A stretch of DNA of 64,000 bases from Octopus vulgaris (GCA_951406725.2 OX597823.1:40424001-40488000); one strand, 5' to 3'. Numbered from the stretch's first letter, positions 1 through 14,143 are shown. Program-made: numbers and translations. The notes: generated by a model from the sequence alone, not told the origin.

Positions 1-1368
1 AACTGAAAGTGATATGCCAGTAATTATGAAATATGTTAGCCACCCTCCACTCTTTTGACATTAATCTCTTCCGAATTTTGTTTCTGATTACAGAAAGTTA
101 TGTCTAATGCTTAAAGGAATATTGAAGATAAAACAAAATATTAAAGCTTTTATTTTAAAGATCTTCTTTAAACAATATTTCCAGCTTCAAAGTTAAAACG
201 CCCAGGTTATATTCTCAGCTTACTTTTGATTAGTCAGTATATCGATTGACCATCAGAAAATGATGCATTTCAAAGTTCAAAGCAACGAAAATAATAATTT
301 TCTGTGGATGTTGTATTTTACCGAACTTCTAAACGTCTGGTTTTGACAAGATGGAAAAAATCTTCGGAAGCCGACTGTATATTCCTTTCCAGAGTTCTTG
401 CTGCTGTTGTTGCTTATCCCAAGGCCTGTCCTGGTTTTGTTGATCTGTAATCAAAGCCGTTCCAGCCGTGAACATTTGATTCCATCTATTTATGTTTTTA
501 TCTAGACATGGTGTATCAATGAACTACATTATCCTATGCATATTTCCCTATTTATAAGAACCAAGGGTGTGATATGATTGACATATAGCTGTTTTTTCCT
601 ACCAGGTCGAGTGACCCAGTGCATGCTTTAGCTTTGGTTCATTTTTGGCATCTATTGTACCGATCAACAAATTCAGTATTAACTTCCCCAAATTTGTGCA
701 TTTCTCTCTTCATTCTTGGCGCTGTGTGCTTCACACTAAATCACACTGTGTCAACACAGCGATTTAAACACTGAACAAACTGAGTTAATAAATAAGAGAA
801 AAAAGAATCGATTGGAAGTTAAAAACGTAATGCTATGAAGGAATAGGTGTTAATAGGAATTAATATATTTCATGCAAGCTAGTTTGAGTTGGAGGCCAAA
901 AGGGGGAAAATGTATAAAAAAAAGACTATGATAAATATATAGACAAATAAATAACGCGAAGTTATTAAATAAAATGTTGAAGATATTTATTCATGTATCA
1001 AAAATTTTAAAACCAAAGGTAATTGACATCCCAGTGAGTTAAGATGTTATTTTGCAAATGTCATTAATTTAAAAAAATTCTAATTATAGGGCAATTGAAG
1101 AACAAACTTTAATTGACATGTAGCAGTTTTAAACGTGTTTTAATTAGAAAAATAATATGTGGAAAGGAATGAATCGAAGCGAAGCGAAATCACCGTTTTG
1201 AGCAAAGAAATAACGAAATTGCGAGAAAACTGTATATTCAAGGAAAGTGAGCGATTTGATATTAAAAGAAAATATAAAAATCAAAGAGTTAAATGGCCCC
1301 CACACCCGCAATTATCGAAAAATTCTCTTGATGCCTCAAATGAACAAAAACATTTGGTATGTGTATAG

Positions 1369-1578
1369 GTCGGCGAGGCGGCAGAACCAATAGCACCACA
1401 GACAAAATGCTTGGTGGCATTACGTCTTTCTTTTCGTTTCAAGTTCGAATTCCGCCGAGGTTGACTTTGTCTTTCATCTATTTGGGGTCGATAAAATAAG
1501 CTCTATTTGAACAATGGAGACGATGTGATTGACTTAAGTCCATCCCCCAAATTGCTGGCTTTGTGCCAAAATTAAAAA
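1369..1578 (+). mobile_element. tRNA-derived SINE family A (Meta/Sauria-SINE-like central domain), diverged copy
   Basis: GGCGAG-GGCAGAA head, B-box-like GTTCGAATTCC, then GACTTTGTCTTTCATC..GGGGTCGATAAAATAAG; matches about 15 other copies in the window. Confidence 0.75.
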
Positions 1579-2142
1579 AAAATCTGTAGTATGTACACAC
1601 GCATACACACACACACACACACACACATACACACACGCACATATCTGTGTGTGTGTGAGTATAGTTAGGTAGGTACGAATATTTGTGTTTGCGTGTGTAT
1701 TTAAATATATGCAATAATCTCTCGATTATCGCTGGTTGTTACCTATCAAAATCCCCCGCGATAGGTGAAAATCCACGAAGTAGAAACAGTACTGTACTGT
1801 ATATTTTTTAATTATTATTATAATTTGTCTATATTTATTTTATTATGAATGCAAAACAACACTGCAGAGGAATCGACATAAGTTTAAATAATAAGCCCAC
1901 TGGTGAACCGCGATATGGTGACGGATTACTGTAAGTGAAGTATTTAACATTATTAATAAAATTTATCTAACAACAAATTAATCATTGATAGTGGGAATCC
2001 CTACAATGTATGTGGGTGTGTGTACACATATACATACATGCACATACATATATACATATACACATACATATATGTAATGTATGTATCTATCTATCTATCT
2101 ATTTATCTATCAATCTATCAAGCTATTTGTCTCTATATATAT

Positions 2143-2341
2143 CTTTTACTCTTTTACTTGTTTCAGTCATTTGACTATGGCCATGCTGGAGCACCGCCTT
2201 TAGTCGAGCAAATCCACCCCAGGACTTATTCTTTGTAAGCCCAGTACTTATTCTATCGGGGACGTAAACACACCAGCATCGGTTGTCAAGCGATGTTGGG
2301 GGGGACAAACACAGACACAAACGTAAACATACACACACATC

Positions 2342-2374
<33 letters not shown>

Positions 2375-2529
2375 ACGACGGGCTTCTTACAGTTTTCGTC
2401 TACTAAAATCATTCAAAAGAATTTGGTCGACCCGAGGCTATAGTAGAAGAAACTTGCCCAAGGTGCCACGCAGTGGGACTGAACCCGGAAACTGTGGTTG
2501 GTAAGTAAGCTACTTACCACACAGCCACT
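2143..2529 (-). mobile_element. tRNA-derived CORE-like SINE family B with internal CA/TA microsatellite
   Basis: Minus strand reads AGTGGCTGTGTGGTAAG..CCGGGTTCAGTCCCACTGCGTGGCACCTTGGGCAAG with an (AGTAAAAG)n tail; close copies at 30883-31293 and 63795-64000. Confidence 0.85.
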
Positions 2530-2814
2530 TCTACTGAGAGAAAATTGTGCTGCATTTTTGTGAATGAACAGGTTGAAGTTTCGAGGAACGAAATTGTGAT
2601 ACCTTCTAACAAATTAACGTCTAGGTGAAGCTAACTGTCTTTGTGTGTTTCTGAATGGCTAACCTGCAATCGCATTAGTTTTAATACAATCTCTGATCAA
2701 AACACTTAATATGCAAATACTCCTTTATATAACACACACATGCGCGCGTGCATTCAATCACACATGCTCACACACATATGTCTCTCTATTTGCCATTTAT
2801 GTGGAAATTCATGA

Positions 2815-3560
2815 TGAGCATTATCTCAAAGAATATTGACAATTATCTAAACAAGAAGGAAATACTCGTACTTCTAGTGGAGGGTGTAGACGCAAGAACA
2901 TAAAGACTAAGAGCATAAGTTGATAAGAGATAAGACTGCCTTGATCGACTGCAAGAAGTGACGCAAACATTTGGCCATGGCATGGGTAGATTACAAGAAA
3001 GCCGATGACACGGTTCCACACTCGTAGATTATTGAGTATCATGCATTGGTTCATGTCTCTGATAATATTGTGAAGTGCATACAAGACTTAATGGCAACCT
3101 GGAGAAATGAACTCACAGCATATGGTGAGACGCTAAGAGAGGTAAATAATAAAAGAGAAATTTTCAAAGGGGACACCTTATCTCCTCTCTTATTTGTAAT
3201 TTGACTGTATAGAGTGTTCTAAGAAAAATGTGTGTTTGATGTACTCTAGGCAATGTGAAAATAAACATCTAGTTTAAACATGTGCGATTTCTGCACACGA
3301 ATTCACACACGCTTCCAAAACTTGTTTATGGATGACGTAAAACTTCCTTCAAAATGTGGGAGAGAAATTGATTGTTTGCTGCCAATATTTCAGTGACTAT
3401 CAAGGACGTTGGGATGGAATTGGATATCAAAAAGTGTAGCGCAATGGTACTAAAAAGAAGAAAAGTTAGTTAAAGCCACGGAATCAATCTGGAAAGTGGT
3501 GAAATAAATGACGTTGGAGAAGAAAATTTTAAGTATTTGGATGTTATTGAAAGATATCTG
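2815..3560 (+). pseudogene. Highly degraded R4/Dong-type LINE reverse transcriptase fragment
   Basis: Read across stops and frameshifts: LAMAWVDYKKA..VPHS, WRNELTAYGE, IFKGDTLSPLLF, LFMDDVKL, FKYL; parallels the RTs at 40.5 kb and 49.4-50.2 kb. Confidence 0.8.
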
Positions 3561-3594
3561 GGATCAAGAAGAAAGGGGGATTCAGTACCAGCGA

Positions 3595-4015
3595 AGGACA
3601 TATCTACAGCTTTGGAACACATAAACAATCAGCTTTAAAACGTTTAATATTTACACATTCTATGACTACCTATCATTTCCCCTTTCCCCATGAGTATTCG
3701 AAAATGTGAACATCCTCTCTATTCAAAGAACACTACAGTTTTCTCTGTTCGGACAGATAAAAGATCATCTCCAGTAAATGTTAAAATCTTCATATCTACA
3801 ATTTTCTGCGAAAAGATTTTTACCTCCCTTTTCTTTTGGTTCCTTTTCCCTTGAATATTCGAAAATGTAAACATCCTTTTTATTGAAAAAAAAAAAAACC
3901 ACAAGAAAAAAGAACAATAGTTTTCTCTGAACAGACATCCAAACGAACACCTCAAAAGATTTAGAAACTTTAATATCTGCAATTTTGTGTGAACATTTTG
4001 TCTTCCCTTCTTCCC
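3595..4015. repeat. Unclassified dispersed repeat with internal ~170-bp subrepeats
   Basis: Internal duplication of ATTCGAAAATGT-AACATCC..AGTTTTCTCTG; reverse-complement homolog at 53570-53965. Confidence 0.65.
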
Positions 4016-4676
4016 TGACCTCTAGGGATAATCAAGGAACGCCACCCTCCAAGATCTTCCGGAACACTAAGGGCAAGCACCCTTTCTAATTACTGTTTTC
4101 CGACTGACAGGCCTGTACTTGGGGCGGTATATTACACTGTTGCCACTTTTTCAACTTTCAACCCACATTTCCATAAATTCACTCGAGGACTGCACCTTCT
4201 CTCTATCTTTACCGGAAGATAAGATAATGATGTTAATCATTAATTATTTATTAATTGTGAAGGAAACTTTGGGCAAGTTGCCAACCATGCAAATGTTCCC
4301 GTCAGCTATGGTGATAGTGGTGAATTTGTTGCAGTAAATGATGATAATGATGCTGATAATGATGACGATGATGATGATGATAATATTGAGGATGATTTTG
4401 AGGAGGGGAAAAAGAAGAAGAGGAGGAGGAGGAGGAGATGTTAGAGACACCGCAGCAGAGCTGCAGGAAAAGAATGTCTTAAGACTTGATAGCCAGGGAA
4501 TAAAAAAACCTAGGTATGTGTTTGCGTAAATGCTCATGGAGTGTAAGTATGTGTTTGATGGTGTATGTGAATATACATATATATACATATACACACACGT
4601 ACATACATATATGTGTACATATATGTATGTGTACATATATGTATGTACACATATATGTATAAACATATATATAAAT

Positions 4677-4746
<70 letters not shown>

Positions 4747-5125
4747 TTATCTATCTATCTAGCTATTTTTCTATATATGTACAAACAAAAACACACACAT
4801 ATATACATACAGATGTGTATGTGTCTGTTACGTAAGTATGGAGTGTGTTCATTAGTTTGTATGTACATGCCATATAGACTTGGTTATCGATTAAGTTAGT
4901 GTATTGGTCTTGAAGTTAGGAAGTTAGTTGTTTACAGACGAAAGGTGGGCTGATGTCGAAAGCAAACAAATAAACCGAAATGTTATTGGCAAACTCAGTT
5001 GGAGAATGAGGCGGAGGGGGCGAAGGAAGAGTAGATGAGATTTAAAGAAAAATTTGCAAATCAGGACACAGACCCGCTGGTAAACAGCGCATGTATATCT
5101 ACGAGTAGGAAATAGCTACGCATGA

Positions 5126-5158
<33 letters not shown>

Positions 5159-5547
5159 TGTAGGTATGTATGTATGTATGTATAGATATTTACATATACG
5201 CAGACACACATATGCATACATATATGTGTATATTACAAAACATGACCGCGTGTGTACCGTTGGCGATTTTTTTCCTCCGTCTTCCCTTCTTTGGATCCTT
5301 CCTTTTCCTATGTTTCTGACGAAGAGCTCCGCTCGAAAGGTTAAAACCTCCTTCTTTCCCTCTTTCCTCAGCGTCCAATAATACTACACTTGTTCCACGT
5401 CCTCGCGTTGTTGTGTTTTCTCTTTTTGTTTTCATGTTTGGCTAAACTATATATATATATACATCTACATATAACATATACATATATGTATATGTATATT
5501 TGTATAAGTGTGTGTGCGTGTGTGTATGTATGTATATATTGATTGAT

Positions 5548-5610
<63 letters not shown>

Positions 5611-5713
5611 GGAGTAAACACATAAATGTGAAATAAAGTGGAAAAAAGAGTACTCAAAAACCAGGGGGAGAGTAATATACTTTATTTAAAAGCAGCAGAA
5701 ATTCAACAAGACC

Positions 5714-5793
5714 TGTTACTCGGAGCTTCACGTTCCCGTTCGTCGGACAAAAACTGTCCGACGAGCGTGAACATGAAACTCCGAGTAACAGGT
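5714..5793. ncRNA. Inverted pair of minimal hammerhead-like motifs (Penelope pLTR type)
   Basis: Near-perfect palindrome; right arm is TGT-CCGACGA-gcgtgaacat-GAAA-CTCCGAG-TA-ACA and the left arm is the inverted copy with GAAG; lies just after (TA)n. Confidence 0.55.
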
Positions 5794-7259
5794 TTCGAGC
5801 AGATAACTTACAGGAATGTAGACAAACCAACACCGATTGTTACGCGGTTAGGAGACGGAGAACAAATATATATATATACACAAAGATCGATAGAATAAGC
5901 CCTGACTTTAAAAAAATCAGTACTGGGCATGATTTCTTGGACTATGTATGCATATATGTGCGCGCACGCGTGTGCTTGTGTATTTAATAGGTTGATTCGG
6001 CTCCATGCAGCTTAAAGTTTTGTAGGGTCGTCACAAAAACCTAGCTCCTCAAGAATAGGTGACCTATCGAAGCGTTGGAGCAAGTTCAAGATGTCTTCAG
6101 AAGATATGGTAACTATTAGTCAAGGCTGACCACATGATGTTGTTGACATTGGTGATGGGAAAATCAGGGGCATCAAATAGAAACCCCGATCTGTATTTCT
6201 TGGACCGCATGGTCGGACAGGTTGTAGGTGCCACCTCGCTGCCTAGCTAATGGGGTAATAACCTTAAGCGACACCAGTTACCTTTACATGTTGTACAGTA
6301 TCTGAGTGTACGTATCTGGTGCGTATGTGTGTTGTTACTCTTCTGTATGCGCGCCCTCATTGTTCGATCTCCCAATATCCTGTAGCTATTCTTGAACTTA
6401 CACCATCGCTTCGAAATCACTATCATACTTCTTGTAAAAGAATAAGAAATATGAACACGTTGAAAAAGTTGAGTATTCCTTCAGTATAATCTTAAATAAT
6501 TTTTTCCTTATAACTCTAAGTAAAAAGCAAGCATTAATAAATGCACATAAACATATGTACGTGTGTACGTATGTGTGCATACATACGTTCATACATACAT
6601 ATGCGTGTGTGTATATGTGTGTGTGTATACATACATATATGGATATATATACAATATATGTGCATCTTTGTGTCCATAAATACATATATGTTGGACCTGA
6701 ATATAGGCTTATAAATACACACGCGTCCCCCCCCCACACACATATATATATTACATGAATGAATATATACTTCAGCATATATACACGTGTATGCATGTAT
6801 ATAACTTCATGCAGATTTGATGGTCTTCAGTACGTTGTTTAAGTGAACTCTAAGTCGGTCTATCCTCTGAAATCTCTTTTTTTCTTGTTTCTCTTCATAC
6901 CATACAGGTTTTTCTTATATACCTACGCATACACCTCCAACCACACAAACATGCACACACCACACTCATATACGCACGCATACACACACGCATGCGCACA
7001 CATACGGACACAAACACACGCACGTCCACGCACATAGAAAGATACAGTCACACTAGCTTATATTCATACATAGGCATGTCTATGTATGCATGTATATATG
7101 GAAGTGCGCATATGCGTATGACTGTGAATTCACGTATGTACTCACCTTCATTTCTACCTGCCTGCGTCTATCATTTCAAATGTTTGTCTGACATATTCAA
7201 CACACAGTAACACAACTGCACCTGCACATACACACGTTCACATACACAGGTATATATAC

Positions 7260-7294
<35 letters not shown>

Positions 7295-7333
7295 CATATA
7301 TATATACATATATATATACATATATACATACAT

Positions 7334-7412
<79 letters not shown>

Positions 7413-7882
7413 GATGACATACCTAAGAATAACAAAATTTCACATACAAACATAAACGTAATTACATATATATAAATATATAAATATATATGTACACATA
7501 CATATTCATGAATGTGTGTGTGTGTGTGAATGTGTGTGTGTGTGTGTGTGTGTATGTGTGTGTGTGTGCGTGTGCATTCAGATGCACACAGCTATATATA
7601 CATTGGTAGGGCTGATATATGTAGGTACGAGTGACGAAGACTGGTAAACAAGGTTAGAACTAAAAAAAGACCATACATAAACAAGGTTATTAGCAAAGAC
7701 AAAGCGATTAAGCAGTGTTGTTGCTATTCTCACATTCACAGACACAAGCAAAAAGATGTATAGATATAGTAGCTATATAGTAGATACATTCTAGATATAT
7801 ATACTCGCATGTGTGGTGAACAAATGCGACAGAAGCCCGTTATCTATCTGTCTGTCAATCTACCTGCCTGTCGGTGTCTCTC

Positions 7883-8260
<378 letters not shown>

Positions 8261-8288
8261 TTCTGTCTGTTTGTCTGTATATCCATCA

Positions 8289-8330
<42 letters not shown>

Positions 8331-8465
8331 GTGAATTTAATTCATAATATTGTATATTTGTATATAAAGATTTTATATCTTATATATATATATATATATA
8401 TGTGAGTGTTTTTTATGCGTTTATTCATGTATGTATGTGTGTGCGTGCGTGTGGTGTGAGTGTGT

Positions 8466-8497
<32 letters not shown>

Positions 8498-8667
8498 ATC
8501 TATAATAGCTCTTGGCAAATTATTTTCCTTCTTTGGACTTTTCCCTTTCTCCTTACCGAGCGCCAAGCTAATATATTCCTTGTGCACGTCTTGTTGTCTG
8601 TTAATTTTATTATTCGCTCATTCGAATTGTGTGTGTGTATACCCACACATACACACACACACACACG

Positions 8668-8784
<117 letters not shown>

Positions 8785-8825
8785 TTACATATAAAGTAAA
8801 AGCAGCTCCAGTATCATAAATATTG

Positions 8826-9334
8826 TTAAATACATACACTAATGTATATGCTTTGTGCATTTTCCGCTGGCTGCAATGGAGCAGCAGAGTATACAACTCT
8901 CATGTCGCCGGTGTTAAAACACCTTAGAGCCGTGGACCGGCGAGATAACTCCCGCTCACTCCCATTTGGAAGTGATGATCATCGATGTTTCGTCATTTTT
9001 GTGGCTTATCAAGATGAGACATCTAGCCAGTCCAACGACTTACATTGCTCATGGCTTGTAAAATCATAAGCTGGTATGCCCGGAAATTGCTTACTTAAGA
9101 GAAAATTGAGCATATAAGTCGTTGGACTCGCCAGGTGACTCGCCTTTAACCCAAGTCACTAAAATGGTGAAACATCGATGTCCATCACTCCCAAATGGGA
9201 TTGAGAGTGAGTTATTCCGCCTGTCCACGGCTTTAAGGTGTTTTAACACCGGTGATGTGAGAGTTATATACTCCTCTACGCCATTGCAGTCGCCGGAAAG
9301 TACACAAAATATATGCATTTGTAAACGTATTTAA
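8826..9334. repeat. Fold-back element: ~226-bp imperfect inverted arms with a 55-bp spacer (MITE-like)
   Basis: 8826-9051 aligns to the reverse complement of 9107-9334 at roughly 80 percent by eye, including CCGGTGTTAAAACACCTTA. Confidence 0.85.
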
Positions 9335-9341
9335 TTTAAAT

Positions 9342-9415
<74 letters not shown>

Positions 9416-9889
9416 GCATGTGTGTGTGTGTGTGTGTATACATGATATATATACATATATATATATAAACATATATATATGTACATATATAAAATCCAAA
9501 TAATAAGACAAACAAATAGTTTCACTCATGTTTAATGATCAGTTGTTTCTTTACCAACACTGTTTTCAACACCAGTTTACGTAAGAGTCTAAAGTGAATA
9601 TTTATGTAATATTTGCGATTTAATATATTAGCGTGGCACTTCAGACGACTCGCATCAAGCGCTTACTCTCACATTGTGCCATGCACATATATATATATAT
9701 ATATATACACCAAAAATTTAACTAAATCACAGCAGACGGAAAATTCATTACAATTTCATACCTTCCGGGTTGTATGTATGTATGTATGTATGTATGTATG
9801 TACGTATGTATGTATGTATGTATGTATGTATGTATGTATGTATGTATGTATGTATGTATGTATGAATAGAGAGAAGCAGAGATAGCTTG

Positions 9890-9924
<35 letters not shown>

Positions 9925-10030
9925 GATAGACATAGATACTGATAGATATAGATAGATATAGATAATGATAGATAGATCGAGATCGATAGATAAATAGATA
10001 GATAGAGATAGATAGATAGATAGATAGATA

Positions 10031-11527
10031 TGTTTCTTTATTAGCCACACAGGGCTGCACACAGATAGAACAAATTACAAGGTAGAGCTTTTCTTTTGAA
10101 GGTTTAAAAAAAAAAAAAAAATTAAATAAAAAATAAAATAAAATAAAAAAGGGGGGTCGATCAAAAGGGATCGTAAAAGGAGAGAAAGAGGACAAAAAAG
10201 GGGGGGGGGTTAAAAAAAAGGGGGAGAGGAAAAAAATTGATCAATAGGGATCGTTATCACAGAAATGTCAATATGAAGTGTAAAGGGGAGGACATGTGAA
10301 GTTTACCCGTGGAAAGAAAAGCCTACGGAAAAGACCACGGTAACCTCGGTCAATGAAGTCACATGTTATATTTCTTTTTTTTTTTTGCAAATAAGCAACT
10401 CTCTGTATTAATTTTTACGGTTCATAGAATCATAGTCAAGGTGGCTTCGTCATTCATACGTGCCATCCTTGCTACATTCACCCATCTTTTTTTAAAACAT
10501 TCACTAGACAAAACTTGCCTCTCTACTCTCACTTTTTTCTTCAAGTGATACTTGAAGAAGTTGATGAGAGATTGACCAGAGAGGAAAGTGTTTGTCTCTA
10601 ATCCTTTCAGACGCGTCCACCAGATACATTCTTTCGCCATAGCCACAAGTATGATAAAAATAGCTCTTCCTTCCCGTTTGAAGGAAGGAGGCGTGACGAT
10701 ATTAACGATAGACTCGGCGGATAAACCGACACGTCCCACACGTGACAGCAGTCGTTCGACATAAGCCCACAGGTGGGATATTGCTGGACACTGCACGATT
10801 GCGTGCAGAGCGGTTTCGTCGCTCTGCCCGCATCTCGGGCAGGTCGGCCCCGTGTTTCTCGAGCCATGCCTATAGAGCTTATCCCGAACGGGTAGCGCTT
10901 CTCGGTAGCACCGCCAGGCCAGGGATCTCTGGAAGTTGTCCATAGGTCCCGGGCCGAAAGTCGTTTGAAACAGGCGGGTCAGGTATTCCTCGTCGACGCC
11001 CAGGTTTGCCACGAGCTCGTCGTCGTACCTCCCCTCCACTAATCCCCTATAGAATGCTTTGGTTGTGTTGAAGTCACTCAAGGTCGACCCGGGACGGCAG
11101 AGTTGCTTGAGAGCAACGCGACACTCGCGGTGCCATTCGCCCTTCTTCGGCCTCTTTTTGATCCACGACTGTAGTTCGGTCATGGAGACGAGTTGCGGGA
11201 ATGTGTGCCTCACAAACGGCGACCACACCTGTTCACCGTCGTCTACATAGAGCCGGAGATGTCGCAGTCTCAGCGCGTGTCTGCGCATCATCAACCACGG
11301 CATGCCCAGCCCTCCTTTTAACGGGTGTTGACAGCAAATGGATCGCCTGACCATCGGGACGCATCCTTTCCACAAGAAGCGGAAGAGGATGCGTTCTAGT
11401 TTGGTGATGGTAGGGTCGGGACAAGGTACGACGGTCAGGCGGTAGTAGATGATGGACGCGATGTACGCGTTCACCACCTCCGCCCGACCTTTTAGGGACA
11501 GTTTCCTCTCGGCCCATTGCTGGGCGA
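10031..11527 (-). mobile_element. 5'-truncated L1/Tx1-clade non-LTR retrotransposon (ORF2 C-terminus plus 3' UTR)
   Basis: Uninterrupted frame with W..RKLSLKGR, FRFLW, GGLGMP, W..REALPV and CPRC..ETALHAIVQC zinc-binding motif; AATAAA at 10037-10042 followed by (TATC)n. Confidence 0.9.
10422..11527 (-). CDS. ORF2 remnant (post-RT region and zf-RVT CCHC); the first ~37 aa of the ORF track call are flank and microsatellite
   Basis: L1/Tx1-type motifs, about 368 codons without a stop, GC-richer than the flanks. Confidence 0.8.
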
Positions 11528-11905
11528 GAGATAGATACATACATACATACATACATACATACATACATACATACATACATACATACATAGATGGGGCAGT
11601 GAATAGCAACAGTGAAGTCACAGAAAATATGCCGACCATGATTTTTTAGGGATATGTTATATCCTCTTCTTCAGTGGGGTGTTAGGGATATGTTACATTC
11701 TCTTCAATAATGGAGTTTGATTTCAAAGGAGATTTGGCTGCTATTCTTTGCAGGCTGCCCTCGTACTTGCTCCATCAATATTGCAGTTAGTGTTGGAGGT
11801 GTGGGTCGTGGCTATGTGACGCAGTAGTGGTTTGTATGGGAACTATTTGAAATGTTTATGCATGCTACGACAGAAAAATATCCCATATTTTATGCACTCA
11901 TTTCT

Positions 11906-12501
11906 TAATTCTTTATTGCCCACAAGGGGCTAAACATAGAGGGGTCAAACAAGGACTGACAAAGGGATTAAGTCGATTACATCGACCCCAGTGTGTAACT
12001 AGTACCTAATTTATCAACCCCGAATAGATGGAAGGCAAAGTCGACCTCAGTGGAATTTGAACTCAGAACGTAATGGCAGGCGAAATATCTATTTCTTTAC
12101 TACCCACAAGGGGCTAAATTAAGATATGAAAAACAAGGACAGACAAACGGATTAAGTCGATTATATCGACCCCAGTGCGTAACTGGTACTTATTTAATCG
12201 ACCCCGAAAAGATGAAAGGCAAAGTCGACCTCGGCGGAATTTGAACTCAACGTAGAGGCAGACGAAATACCTATTTCTTTACTACCCACGAGGGGCTAAA
12301 CACAGAGGGGCAAACAAGGACAGACAAACGGATTAAGTCGATTACATCGACCCCAGTGCGTAACTGGTACTTAATTTATCGACCCCGAAAGGATGAAAGG
12401 CAAAGTCGACCTCGGCGGAATTTGAACTCAGAACGTAGCGTCAGACGAAATACCGCTAAGCATTTCGCCCGGTGTGCTAACATTTCTGCCAGCTCGCCGC
12501 C
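11906..12501 (-). mobile_element. SINE family A trimer (one head plus two headless units) with 16-bp TSD
   Basis: TTATGCACTCATTTCT at 11890-11905 and 12502-12517; three ~185-bp units. Confidence 0.9.
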
Positions 12502-13076
12502 TTATGCACTCATTTCTGTGACGCTACTAAACTTACACTGTTGACAATGAAGTCTCCCAGTGGCTACTGATTAACCGCTTGCGTTTCAGTGATCAATATC
12601 CTTGATAATGATGGACATCTTGCGTTTGATGCTGAAAAGTATTATTAACAAAGATAAATATAAGAGGAATTTTGCTGCAGTCTGTAGATGGTGTCGATTC
12701 TGGTAATGGAGGTGAAGAGGCTGTGTTTGTGGTGGTGGTAGTGATGATGATGATGATGGTATAGTTCCAACGATCGTAGGTACTGGTGGTGCTAATGAAG
12801 GTGACAGTGAGGTGACGACAAAGAAAAACTCATCTCCATTGGGTGTCTTTGAAGACAACACGATTTGTTAAAATTACTGAATGCCAGCTTTAAGACTACA
12901 ATTGAGATGGAACTTGTCTTCCAGTTTTAGAACCACCTAACGACACACATATACACACATACACACACAAACACGTAAATGTTCAGGTATGTGTGTGTCA
13001 GGTAAAGCCTGTAAATATGTGAGTTTAGTAAGTACCAGACGCGAAACTGTCGGTCTTTGAGTGGCTTGTATATACA

Positions 13077-13175
<99 letters not shown>

Positions 13176-13259
13176 TATGTATGTATATATACACAAATAT
13201 GTATATATATGCGTACATATAAATATATACACATATATATGCGTATATAAATATACATA

Positions 13260-13304
<45 letters not shown>

Positions 13305-13344
13305 GTATATTGACACACATAAATGCATACATATACATATTCGT

Positions 13345-13385
<41 letters not shown>

Positions 13386-13858
13386 CATACATACATAAAC
13401 ATGTGTGTGTCTGTGTGTGTAGTGTGTGTAAGAAACCATGATCATGTTTTCTTGGGTGTAACTGCATGCTAAGATTACGTGAGACAACATCGTGTACAAA
13501 GAACATCCATCATATATATCTACATACATACTAAGTATATGTGAATACTCACACACACACACACACACACACATACATGTACATAAGAAATTACTTATAT
13601 GTGCATGTGGATATGTGCGTATGTTTGTGAGCACGTGTACTTATTAGCATCATTCATTATCATTAAAAATACAGACCGAAATCCGTATTCCAACTTCTAA
13701 ATTGTTCACTAACAGTTTGTTAAGTGTTAGCTCTATCAAATATAGAACTCGCATTTTGAAGACTTCAAAATTCCAAAAGGTGCTTTTATAACGTTCTACT
13801 CTGTTTCCCTATCTGTCTATCTACCATTTTATCAATCAGTCTGGCTATACCTACCTAC

Positions 13859-13889
<31 letters not shown>

Positions 13890-13920
13890 CATACATACAT
13901 ACATACATACATACATACAT

Positions 13921-14143
13921 GATGGCTGCCCCCTCGTTATCGAGTATGGCCATTGCACGAAGCTTAACTGTTATTGGTGCTGTGATCGAATGTGACTTTT
14001 TAGCCCAGCTAAAGATCTACAATGTCTTGTATAGAATTGGCAACTAAAACCTTTACCGGTAATAGCCGGCTGTAGTTGCAATTGGGCTTCATGTACCTTT
14101 GCATGTCGTTTAAGTCCTCCTGCCGAATTACACTCTCTTCAAC
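13921..14143 (-). mobile_element. Short element embedded in (CATA)n, possibly an RTE-derived non-autonomous retroposon
   Basis: Unique ~220 bp bounded by (CATA)n on both sides; left end GGCTGCCCCCTCGTTATCGAG resembles antisense RTE 3' ends (from memory). Confidence 0.35.

Noticed and set aside
9170-9262. Hammerhead in the fold-back arm (GAAA-CATCGATG-TC)
   Set aside because: No CUGANGA in a compatible position
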